From Schmidtea nova (lineage: Eukaryota), in contig CM097882.1 of the NCBI GenBank assembly GCA_044892505.1, positions 454,708,001 to 454,752,134 of the forward strand: a stretch of DNA of 44,134 nucleotides, written 5' to 3'. Each line of letters starts with the position of its first letter. Position 1 is the stretch's first letter. A program made the translations under genes and the position numbers. This document shows positions 24,317-34,959 of the stretch, piece by piece. The notes below the pieces were generated by a model, which worked only from the letters and a program-made list of their open reading frames with translations, was not told where the DNA came from and searched no databases.

Positions 24317-24919
24317 ATGGAGATGTTTCTGCCGATACTGATGAAAGGAGAATCATATGCGGTGTATCAGCATCTCAGCGATGAAGTCAGAGGAAGTTTC
24401 ATCAAGACCGAAGCAGCAATGAAGAGAGCCTTCTCTATGTCAATGTTTCTTGCCTTTGAGAAATTGAAGAATCGATCTTGGAATAACGAGCCTGTCGATG
24501 TTTATCTGGCCGAACTAACATCTCTGGGTAAGTTATCTGGGGTCAATGATGCCGTTATCAGATGTTCGTTCGTTACTGGACTTCCAGCGTCTATATCACA
24601 GTCACTACAGGTTATTCCGAACATTGAAACAATGGCAATGGATGCGGTCGTGCAGACAGCTCGAGCTATGTTAAGTAATGCAGTTTCTCAACAAACTTGT
24701 ATGCTGGGAGTAAAAGAAAGGAGAATTGCCAATTCTAATGACCAAATGTGTTCGTTTTGTGGAAAGAAAGGGCACAATGAAGATTTATGTTTCCGAAAAA
24801 GCAAACAATGTTGGATATGTGGTGATAAAGCCAACCTCGCGCGATCGTGCCCAAAGAAACAGACGGGAAACGCTATTGGAGTGACACGTGCGCCAGTGTT
24901 CACTCCGGAAAAGCCATAA
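24317..24919 (+). CDS. Gag-like ORF (probably N-terminally truncated)
   Basis: EPVDVYLAEL motif; CSFCGKKGHNEDLC knuckle and a degenerate CWICGDKANLARSC knuckle. Confidence 0.75.
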   Translation: MEMFLPILMKGESYAVYQHLSDEVRGSFIKTEAAMKRAFSMSMFLAFEKLKNRSWNNEPVDVYLAELTSLGKLSGVNDAVIRCSFVTGLPASISQSLQVIPNIETMAMDAVVQTARAMLSNAVSQQTCMLGVKERRIANSNDQMCSFCGKKGHNEDLCFRKSKQCWICGDKANLARSCPKKQTGNAIGVTRAPVFTPEKP

Positions 24920-24925
24920 TGGCGC
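24865..24925 (+). promoter_or_regulatory. -1 frameshift signal G_GGA_AAC with H-type pseudoknot
   Basis: Heptamer in the gag frame, 6-nt spacer, stem 1 GGAGTGA-CAC / GTG-T-TCACTCC, loop GCGCCA complementary to TGGCGC at 24920-24925; pol is in the -1 frame. Confidence 0.8.
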
Positions 24926-25886
24926 TGCAGACTGTCGTTGTAACTGTCAACGGAAGGACTTCCAAAGCTTTAATAGATTCAGGTTGTACCCAATCTATTA
25001 TTTTGTCATCGTTGGACAGCGGTCCGTATGGGAAGAGTGAGAGTGTGCTGGTGGCTGATGGATCATTGGCCAAGAGTTTGGGAACCGTTGAGGTTAACAT
25101 TGTTATTAGAAAGACAAGTCTGCGAGTGGTCTGCCTGGTGATGGAAAACCTTCCAAGAGATTTTGGTGTAATTTTGGGAATGGATGTTATAGGAATGCTC
25201 GGTGGGGTGAATATATCAAGACAAGGGGTATCGTTTCCTTTGGCCAGCGTCGTGGGGAGAAAGTACGATTTCTTGAGGGCAGACGAACGTCATACCGAGT
25301 CTCTAGAAATTAGAGATGAAGACTTTCAAACCGATTTCCTTTCCGGCAATTGGACAGTGAGCTGGAAATGGAAAAATCAACCTCCTGAACTTGGTAATGC
25401 ATGTGCCAACTATGGAATTAAACCAGAGCTACGCAATGGATTGGACGCGGAAATCACAGAATGGATTAGAAACAGTTGGTTAACGCCTTTTGAAGGAAAC
25501 TCTGATGGTATACTGCCATTAATGGCAGTTAATCAGTCTAACAAAGGAAAAATACGACCAGTACTCGACTATCGCGAACTGAATAAATATGTAACGAGCC
25601 ACACGGGTCAGAGTGAAGTTTGCGACGAATCTTTACGATGTTGGCGAAGATTCGGGGAGAAAGTCGAGATGCTCGATCTGAGGAAAGCCTATCTACAAAT
25701 ACATGTAAATCCCGATCTGTGGGATTTTCAAAAAGTCAGATTTAAAGGAAAGATATATGCTTTGACAAGATTGGGTTTCGGTCTCAATGTAGCACCGAAA
25801 ATAACGTCTGCCATAGTGCCAAGAGTGTTAGGATTGCGCAAAGACATTAAAGAGGCAACCGACAGTTATATTGACGATATCATCGA
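24865..25886 (+). pseudogene. Pol protease + RT, truncated just after the catalytic YIDD
   Basis: ALIDSGCTQS, VLDYRELN, LDLRKAYLQI, LGFGLNVAP, SYIDDII. Confidence 0.85.
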
Positions 25887-26144
25887 AAAACCAACACCCC
25901 ACTTTGCACATAATTCCTCTAATTGACGAGACCTAAATGAACTGTCATTATCCATGAGCAACTGGCACGGAGGTCCGCGTTCTCTGAATATTTGTTCACA
26001 GATTCTAGTAATGGTTACAGCATCCTCGTTACAAATCTCTCTCCATATTGCGAATCTACTCGGTCCGCAGTCGATACACGTCAAAAAACGCTTATTCCGA
26101 TAGTGAGTCACATCTAACGCCAATCTGGTCCAATTACACTTCAT
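25881..26144 (-). pseudogene. Inverted integrase-core fragment
   Basis: LALDVTHY (first D), LTCIDCGPSRFAIWR, LLMDNDSSFRS (second D), KWGV. Confidence 0.8.
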
Positions 26145-26380
26145 ACATTAAAAATAAATCTATTAGAAGACAATGGAAATCTAATTGTTGTTGAGATATA
26201 CGAAAGTAAATATTTTCATATAGGTACACAAAGAAAAGGCCTAAGGTATTTGATATTGTTGAGAAAATTTCAAAGAAATACTTTTTGACAAAGATACAAG
26301 CCAGAATAACAACAACTCTAGAAGCACTTATACGAGAACATATTTTATCCAGAAAAAAGAACTCCAGAAAATTTTATATA
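26145..26380 (+). mobile_element. Penelope-like endonuclease remnant
   Basis: Near-identical reverse complement of 12395-12595. Confidence 0.55.
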
Positions 26381-26993
26381 GTTATTCATTTTCATGACCT
26401 CTGAAAGTTATCAATTTGATTTAATTAAACAAAAATAACTTTAATAAATTAATACTAAATAGTCTCCAAATTGTTTCAACTTAAAATTGATTTACTTAAA
26501 TAATTTTCAAAATCATTTAAATTGTTTTTTAAAAAAATAAGATTTTTTACAAATTTCGATTTTTAACCAATTGCTGGGTACTTGTCTGCCTTCCACGCCA
26601 TCAAGTCTTGTTCAATTCTTTACAATTACGATTACTATTCAATTATTTGGTCTCATGAAACGGAAGTTAAAATTTGTAAGTATGATTTTATTTGTGATAT
26701 AAACTTTAAAGGTAATAATTTTGTTGCTTATTATTTTATCATCATTATCTTTGGTTTCACCTTTGATTTTAATTTAATTCAATAATTTTCATATTGGTTT
26801 TTGTAAAACTATTGTTCTGGATAATTCGCAATTTCTAGCATTAATTTGATTGTTGAATGTGAAATCTAGTGCGCTACCAAGAGCTTCAATTAAGAATTAA
26901 TTGCTGCCATTAATCGGCAAGTATTATCTTGTAAATATTCTGCAGGGTTTATGCATTTATTTGATTTTTGTAAAGCAACCTCTCTTGTAAAAA

Positions 26994-27467
26994 TCAAAAC
27001 TGTTTTGCCAGCCTGCTGTTTACTCTAGCAACTGCATTCTCCACGTGAATTATAAAAGTAATAGAAATAAATTTTAAAAAAAAAGGCCATTTAAGATTCA
27101 AATCGGTTTGACTGATTTTTGCAATGGTATCGGCAAAAAGATTGTAAACTTTTGGCATTTTCAAGTTAGGATCAACGACAGAATTCAAGATTTGAGTCAT
27201 AATAATATATTTATTTTTATCGGTAAATTGGATGCTCCGCTGCAATTGTTGTTCTATAATATTCTTTAATTGAATTGCTACAGAAAATCTATTTAATATA
27301 TTGAGTTCATTGCTTAGGACGATGGAGAATAAATTGGAGAAATAATTGGATGTTGTAAATAATTCCTTGAATTTCATTGAAGCTCCTTGGATAATTGAAA
27401 AATCTTTTGACGACATCAAAATAAATAGATCAAAATAGGAAAGAGAATTCCAAAAACCAATTAATTT
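26994..27467 (-). other. Importin-beta-family N-terminal (IBN_N)-like open frame; exon or gene fragment
   Basis: Pattern A..KFKEL...YF..L..IV.S.E....RFSVAIQLKNII...K..I...IL....DP......A..IAKI...D....WP resembles karyopherin HEAT 1-3. Frame is open from 27467 with no upstream ATG. Similarity judged by eye. Confidence 0.45.
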
Positions 27468-27852
27468 TTATTTTTCGAATAACCAAACAAAAGTTCCGAG
27501 TAATAATCACAAATATTTCAAAGTTCCAAAAAAGATATCATTAACTGGCAAAAATAAAATCAATACAACACAGAGTTTCTTTTTTAAAGGCCCAGACCAA
27601 TCAAAAAAGCCAAAATATTTAACAATAATCAAACACGAAATATTTTAAGAAGCCCAAGCCAATCAAAACAGTCAAAACTAAAACCCAAAACCATTGGTCG
27701 CACACCCAATAGTTTTGGTAAAATTCCAGAACCATTGTATATGAAAATGTTTTTTTTTGTTTTGGTTGTTGGTACACGATATTTCATTACAGGCTTTATC
27801 AAGTGTGTATTAGAAAATTATTGGCTTATTATTTGACTAATTTTTTTAAATA

Positions 27853-28715
27853 TGTTGGTTATTTATGTGGTTAAGTCGGTTTTTATCTGACTCCTTGGTG
27901 TTCTTATTAAAATCAATGAATAAGACCTAACACAGTAACCTTTATTAATAATCAATCTAATACACAATTGTCTTTACAAATTATTTAACTGCTTTTCAGA
28001 CTTTTCGCAAACGCGCAGGGATATGTCTCCCAACGGCAGATGTCCCTTTCTGGTGCGCGTGCTAACAAACGAATTTAATTTAGAGTATCACTGACCTCGT
28101 CGATCTTTTTACTTTTCCCTCTTCGACCGTGCATGGCGCTTTTGCTTATTCTGCCTCTCTTTTTATATAAAATTTTGAGAGTTGATTTATTTGTTTTCTT
28201 TCGTTCAAATGGTCAATTGCCCGTTAAAGGCCATTAAACCGTCAATTTTAATCTCAAAATTCCAATTTACATTCTGAGGTAATTTAGATGCTAATTGACA
28301 TTTGCCTTCTGCATGGAATATTAATTTTCAAGGCATTTAACTTGTCACCTCGGGTTCTCTTCATCGTTCGGGTTCTCCATTGGCTCGGGTTTTACGTTAG
28401 CTCGGGATTTCCATTAGCCAATTAATTCTTAATTAATATTTTAATTTTTTAATTATTTCTTTCTGGGGACCCCCATCGATTTTATTTTTATATATTTGAA
28501 TTCGTCTCATCCATCGGCATACACTCATACCAATTTACCCGCCATATGTTGATTTTCAATTTTCTTAATTTTTTAATTAATGTTTTTGTATTTTAATTAA
28601 TTTATAGATTTTTGTGATTTTATTAGTTTCTATTTAATTTTTTTTTAATTTGCTCTTTACTTTTGAGTGACTTCTGACAAATCGCAAAAAATAGCTACTT
28701 TTTCAGATCCTATCA
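27853..28715 (-). mobile_element. Solo LTR, family B (863 bp)
   Basis: TGTTGG...GATCCTATCA ends with perfect 4-bp TSD AATA (27849-27852 / 28716-28719); minus-strand TATATAAAAAG near 28165; four CTCGGG(T/A)T motifs at 28349-28410; homologous to 40055-40460. Confidence 0.7.
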
Positions 28716-29769
28716 AATATTAACACAATATTAATAAGATTATTAAAGAAATGCAGCTTCCAGAAATGGTTGAAGCAGTTACAAATTACAACTGAAAATC
28801 TGCTATCATTAACATGAAGAAAGCAAAGACAGGATTTTTATTTACTTTTCAACTGCAGAAGAAGGACAAGTGATTTTCATTTACTTGTGTGAGCAATAAT
28901 TTTAAAAATATTAAAATTTTATTGTTTAAATTAAAAAATGGATTTTAGAATATAAAAATATTTTTTAATTGAGAAAAATAGCAAATTGAAGATGAGATTT
29001 TAATTTGATGATGAATTTATATGAATTTACTATTAGAATTATCATTAAATGTCTCAAGGAAATTTATTTAAATAATAATAAGAAGTATATAATTATCCTA
29101 TTTTTACAAGTACTCATTAAATAATTTTTTGGAATTTTTATTTTTATTTTGTTAATATGAAGTCAGAGGAGCTAAATACGATAGCCAATAAATACTTGAT
29201 TTTGTTTATTTCAAGTGACTTTTTCAAGAAAAAAGTAGTCATACTCGCCTCTTTAGAAACATTTTAAAACACAAATTTATGCGCACCTAGAATTTAAAGC
29301 AAGTTAAGAAAAATTAAAAATAATATTGTCAATGGCAAATAAAATTCCACTGATAGCAAAAATATAACGATTTGATAAAAATTATTTTATAACTAAAACT
29401 TAAATTCTAGAATAATATTTTCTAATTTAATTAATTTTTCATTGTCTTAGTAAAATCAAACTAAATTTCTAAGGAATGCTAATCAAAATCTTTTTAATTG
29501 AAAAAAAAGAAATTACTGACAAATGTCTAGACAAAAAAGGGACAAATTACATTTTCATTAAATTATTAGATTATTATATTGCAATTAGAGTTAAATTTCA
29601 ACACAATTAAGACCCTATGCGACATTAAGTTGTCTTAATTGGACTTCTATTTGGAACGCGGTCAAGCATTTCCATCTATTGTGGAGAGTTTTTTCAAAAG
29701 ATTCTCAATTAAATACATATTGCTGATCCAACGGACAAAAAACCTTCTATGAAATCATTATTTAAGTTT

Positions 29770-29905
29770 ATATCAATAATTTTCATAATTGTATGACTAG
29801 ATCAAAATTTATAGATGAAAACACCAACAAAAATTTGATCTTTAGTATTCAATTAAGAAAATTATTGATATAAATAAAAAGAGATCAAAGGTGAAACCAA
29901 AAGAT
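29770..29905 (+). repeat. Imperfect 100-bp fold-back followed by the GATCAAAGGTGAAACC core
   Basis: TATATCAATAATTTTC...GATCAAAATTT / AAATTTGATC...GAAAATTATTGATATA. Confidence 0.65.
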
Positions 29906-31039
29906 ATTTGTAGAGCTCTATTTATTATTAATCCATTTTAATTAGCTTTAGATGTGCACATATTTTTAGACGGTTTTTGTATATTGGCATGTCGTAATAA
30001 CTCCAAATGCGTCTTTTATATTAGTGACTACTGAAAGATGTACTAAAGCTTTACAAATAATAAATTATTCCAAAGTAAAAATGTTTTTTAGTAATTGGAA
30101 TGGAGAATCTAAACCTCGACAACTTTTCACGATCTCAAGGTTATCAAGTCACAAAATTTAGGTCAATGTAATCATAAATGTGTTTTTCGGAATCATTTTT
30201 CTTATAATAAAATAGAACTATTGCAATTTTCCTTCGTTTTTATAAATATCATTTTACTAATTATATTATTAGTTTTCATTTTTTCCATTTTTTTGTTTTT
30301 ATTTATTTTAAATTAAAATATATTTTGTTTGCAAAAATATTTGTTACTATAATAAAATTTAATAAAAAGGTAAAAGTGTTAAGCCTTTCTATGCAATGAT
30401 TTGTTTGATGAAATATTTTTATCTTAAAAAGATCTTGATCACTCCAAATAAAGACTCATTCTCGAGACAAATTAAATTAATTTTTTTTAATTCTCAAACA
30501 AATTAGAATATTTTACAAAATTACATGAAATTAAAAAATTTTTAATAAAATGTTCTATTTTTAATATCTCGAAAATAATTTTATTTTCAAATTTCAAATT
30601 TTCTGCAATTATTTTGAAGACGACGTTTTAATCTAACTCAAATTATTCACGAGACAAATTAAATTAAAATATTATTAAAAAAAAATTTGTCTTGAGAATA
30701 AGTCTTAATTTGTTTAAATGCATTATGTTCAAAAGATTCTAATAATTGTTGTCGATTTTCATTCATTTTTATACGTCTTTCTTTTGCTGACCACTTCATA
30801 AATTCATAATCTATTATTAAGAGAATTAATTTTATCTCATGCAATTCTGCTGCAATCATAGCAAAAATTATATTTAATTTCAAATGCTTCTTTGTACTTT
30901 TTAAAACTTTTATCATCTTTTTCCTTTCATTGAAATTTTCATTAAAATTTGATTTTTTTAAAGTTTGGCCAGCACATCTGGCCATTATGCATTGTTGAAC
31001 GCCTGGAACAAAATTCGTGGCCACCACTGCTGGCCTACC

Positions 31040-31553
31040 TTCTGCAAACGGTTAATAGGATCTTTCTAATTTTGTTTTGATTTCATAATTCGCTAAAATG
31101 TACCGATTGAAATTGATAAGTTTTACTTGAAGCACTAATGCCATAATCTTGTCTTCGTTATAATGAGACGGAATACAGTTGTTATAATCATAACCATTTT
31201 TGAAGCCATTATTTTGGTCACAATATTGACAAGTCCAATAATTATTACCTTTAGAAGCTTCAGTATTCTCATTGCAAAAATAATAATTGACATACATTTC
31301 CATGAACAAAAGAAAATATATCCAATAGAACATTATTTTATTAATCTAGTTAATTCAAATATTCACTTATTAAATTGAACTTATATAACTTAATATTTAA
31401 ACAAGCTCTTAAAAGTTTTTTATTTAAGAATTTTCTAAATTCCAAAACCTTCTTTCTTTTTCCTTTACTTAATTTACAAATTAATAAACCAAAAAAACTC
31501 AAATAAAATAATGAATCAAAATTATTCCAGGATAAACCCGAAAATTTTGACAT
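31040..31553 (-). pseudogene. TMEM201/Samp1/Ima1-like N-terminal zinc-finger gene fragment
   Basis: VNYYFCNENT...NYWTCQYCDQNNGF..G.DYN..IP..Y resembles the Ima1_N consensus VNCWFCN...N.W.CP.C.QYNGF...GDYN..IP.QY. First Cys is Tyr; stop and frameshift after LERSY, where LCxxC is expected. Possible upstream TM exon from the ATG at 31553. Confidence 0.65.
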
Positions 31554-31924
31554 TATTTTCGTAGTATTTATTTATTTTTATAAATCTAAAGATTTGTTGA
31601 GAAATATTAAAATTAAATTTATATTGCGTACCTCTCTATTAAAACGAAGATTTCTGATAACAAATATAACTTATCAGAATTACATTATTCATTACGACAT
31701 TTGTTTTAAGAAGTTTTTGAGTTTTAATTTCTAACTTGAATTTTGAAAAAAAATTACTCATTTATTTATACAAGATCATTAGGATCAGAATTAACAATCT
31801 CAATATATTTAACTTATTGAAAATGAAAATATGTTAAATTTTTTTTGAACTTTTTTTTGAGATTTTTAAAATGACGAAACTTAATGATTTTAAGTTTTCT
31901 TCATATGAAAAATATTTTTCGTTC

Positions 31925-33008
31925 GGTACAAGTTCGGAATTCCTCCCCAGCAAATGATTGGTCAGTTTTTAAAATATTAAATAAAAAATGTAATTAATTA
32001 CTAGATTAATTTATGGATTTTATTGACTTAGACAATGTAAATGAAGATTTAATTCATTTTAATACGCAAACAACCGAGCAAACCATTACATTTTTACAAG
32101 GTTTAGGGCTTTTACCAATTCAAAAAATTTGCCCGAAGATGAACTGTAATCGATTTTTGGACCTGATACCCTCGAAAAAAACTTCTGATGGGGTAAGGTA
32201 TCGATGTTCTAGGCCGTGCAGAAAAGAATCAGCAATAAGAAAAAAAACCTTTTTTGAAAACAGTAATTTGCCTTTGAAGATAATTTTAAGGTTTATTTAT
32301 TATTGGGCTTATGAAGAATGCTCACAAAAAAAATAAGAGAATTAGAATTGGAAAAGGAAACAATCACAGACTGGAAGAATTTTCTAAGGGAGGTTTGTAT
32401 GTTAAAATTAATAGCAAATCCAGTAATTTTAGGAGGGCTCGGACGCGTCGTTCAAATAGATGAAAGTTTATTTGTAAAAAGAAAATATAATATGGGCCGT
32501 CTTGTTAAAGAACAGTAGGTGTTTGGTGGCATAGATTGTGTAACTAAGGAATGTTTTGCTGTGCCGGTTGAAAAAAAGAGATGCGGCAACGTTTCTCCCA
32601 ATTATTTAAAATACATTCTACCTGGCACCACTGTAGTTTCGGATTTATGGCGAGCCTAGGATTGTCTAGGAGATGAAGGCTACGTTCACTTAACGGTAAA
32701 TCATTCAATTAATTTTGTTGATCCTATTACTCACGCAAATACAAACCAAGTTGAAAATATGTGGATGCGAGCAAAAAGAAGGAATAAAAAAGAGTGTGGT
32801 ACGGTTAAGAATCTTTTAGCATCTTATTTAAGTGAATTTGTGTGGCGCCAGAGATTGAAAAAAACACCATTTATTGAAATTATTAACGACAATAATCTAT
32901 TTTATAATTAAATAAATAGTAGCCTTTATTTAGATTATTTTAATTTTAATTAATTTTATTTTAAAAACTGACCAATCATTTGCTGGGGGCGAATTCCGAA
33001 CTTGTTCC
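31925..33008 (+). mobile_element. Merlin (IS1595/ISXO2-related) DNA transposon, full length, 1084 bp
   Basis: 51-bp TIRs beginning GG with 3 mismatches; perfect 8-bp TSD TTTCGTTC (31917-31924 / 33009-33016). Confidence 0.93.
32013..32908 (+). pseudogene. Merlin DDE transposase, inactivated
   Basis: N-terminal Cys motifs, VQIDES, VVSDLWRA, NQVENMW, YLSEFVWR; frameshift at the A run near 32330, TAG in place of W at 32516-32518, further lesions downstream. Confidence 0.88.
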
Positions 33009-34017
33009 TTTCGTTCTTTTCGGAAAATAAAATCCGAGAAATTGCGTTCTATTCAACTTGGTGTCAGAAAGTGGGAGCGCTGCAATGTAAATCGACTCTA
33101 TTATTTAACTTTTACTAATTTTAGCAAGACATTGTAAATTTAAAAAAGACAATATTTTAAAGAGACAACTCTGATAAAAGGATGTGATAATAATTAATTA
33201 TACAAATGCTGAATAATATCTGATGCCTTTCTGCAATTATTATTCTACGAGTGAGAGGTATATATAGATTATATCATAATACTAATTTCCTGTTGCTGAT
33301 TTGTCATGCACATTTTCAAAGAAAAATGAAAAAAACTCATTTTCAAAAATATTTATGTATAAATAAATAAAATTGAATTGTTTCTTTCTATTTTATTTTT
33401 AAATATATTTCGATTTTTTAAAAATATCTAAAAACATTTATTCACTAATAAATAAATGCAAAGACAAAATAAAAATTGCTTTCTTTATAATATTACATTT
33501 TAGAATACTGTTTAATTTTTCCCACATAATATGAGGAGTGTCGTAAAATTTCAGCCGCGTTATATGGATACCGCCTTATTATTACCGCATTAGTATTACT
33601 TTATACTACTGTGGAAACTAACTATGTTAAAAAGATGGGCAGTGGAAAGATGGATTTTGAGATAAATAAAAGATTTGCAATTAAAGAAGGGACACTCTTT
33701 CTGAAACTATGCTTCATTAAACAATAGTATTCCGTTAGCAAATTGCAGAAGTTCCGTCAAATTATATATCTTTAACTTTCACTGTCAAAAAAATAAAATA
33801 ACGATCTGTGTAATGTTTCCCTTGTGCGTATTCATATATTTTTAATTAAATTTAAAAAAATCATATTTTTTTTAATAAATTAAAACAAAAGAAAATAATA
33901 TAATTAAGAGAAAATTTTAGGAAATTTAAACAAAATTCCACGTAATTTAAACAAAAATAAATAATTATGTAATTATATTTTCATAATTATCTTTTTTCAC
34001 CTTTGATCTTTTTTTAT

Positions 34018-34213
34018 TATTATTATCAATAATTCTCATAATGACTATAGATCAAAATTTTTTTTATAAACAATAACACAATATTTCGGCACAGCCTTTA
34101 TCAAGTGTGTATTTCAATATACACACTTGATAAAGGCTGTGCCGAAATATTGTGTTATTGTTTATAAAAAAAATTTTGATCTATAGTCATTATGAGAATT
34201 ATTGATAATAATA
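34018..34213. repeat. Perfect 196-bp inverted repeat (95-bp arms, 6-nt spacer TTCAAT)
   Basis: Arms are exact reverse complements, including the T8/A8 runs. Confidence 0.92.
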
Positions 34214-34233
34214 GTAATTATATTTATTTATAA

Positions 34234-34431
34234 TTATTCCCTGCTTTAAGACTGACTGAATTCAACCCTTTATGTGTCAATGTCTTTTCAAGTGGAAAGG
34301 TTGTAATATTAGGAATCAGAACACTAGATTATTACAAACAAGTACAAGAAATTCAAAGTTATATTAAATCATTAATTGAAAATCCAATAAGTGATGAAGA
34401 TTTCTTGGAATTTTTATTAAATATTCAATAA
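34234..34431 (+). pseudogene. TBP-like C-terminal repeat fragment (not in the ORF track)
   Basis: Manual translation LFPALRLTEFNPLCVNVFSSGKVVILGIRT...NIQ*; resembles the TBP repeat ELFPGL.YR...P.....IF.SGKVV.TG; a TAA sits where E (GAA) is expected. Confidence 0.55.
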
Positions 34432-34517
34432 ATGTTTATAATTAAATTAATTAATTAATTTAATTTAATTAATATTGTTTAAATTCATTGTTGATTCACA
34501 AAATTAAAAATTCAAAA

Positions 34518-34851
34518 ATGTCAGATGAAACATATGTATTTGAAACAATACTTTCAAAACTGGAAGAACTTTATCCTATTTTGAAGGATAAGCTTTCATA
34601 TTGTGCGCCAGAGTTTCAGAATATACCAGATAACTGGCATCAACATAGAAGAAATAATTCGTTTACATTACGAATCTGTTCAAGAAAATTGATTAAAATG
34701 CGATGAAGATTGTTGTGTTTGCATTGATCCGCTAAAAGTTCCATGTCCTTTCAGATGCAGATGTTGCCAAGAATATAAGAAAAAAGAAATTATCCATATT
34801 CTTTTGGCAGAATTAAGAAGAATATATTACAACAAAACTTTTCTTGAATAA
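34518..34851 (+). pseudogene. Degraded small Cys-rich ORF of unknown family
   Basis: ATG at 34518; one frameshift and one TGA lead into CDEDCCVCIDPLKVPCPFRCRCCQEY...FLE*. Confidence 0.35.
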
Positions 34852-34959
34852 AATTTTGTATTTGAATTTCAATTTGTATTGTTTAATTTTTATTTGTTAA
34901 AAAATTTTATTTCTTAAGACTTCTATTGGTTTAAAAATTTCATTTTGTGAAAAAATTTT

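Larger units (their letters stand above)
24317..26144 (+). mobile_element. Second Ty3/Gypsy element, truncated and rearranged, no LTRs found
   Basis: Gag 24317-24919 with two zinc knuckles; pol with LIDSG protease and an RT ending at YIDDII; then an integrase-core fragment on the opposite strand. Confidence 0.85.

Noticed and set aside
29635-29745. Possible integrase-core relic (ERGQAFPS...SNGQ)
   Set aside because: Too short and needs a frameshift; not enough to list as a feature.
30659-31027. 122-aa minus-strand ORF downstream of the TMEM201-like fragment
   Set aside because: GTG start, AT-biased composition and no recognisable similarity; may be a decayed continuation but unsupported.
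33630-33780. Possible pogo/CENP-B HTH relic (WAVERWIL...)
   Set aside because: Weak resemblance with several stops and no TIRs.
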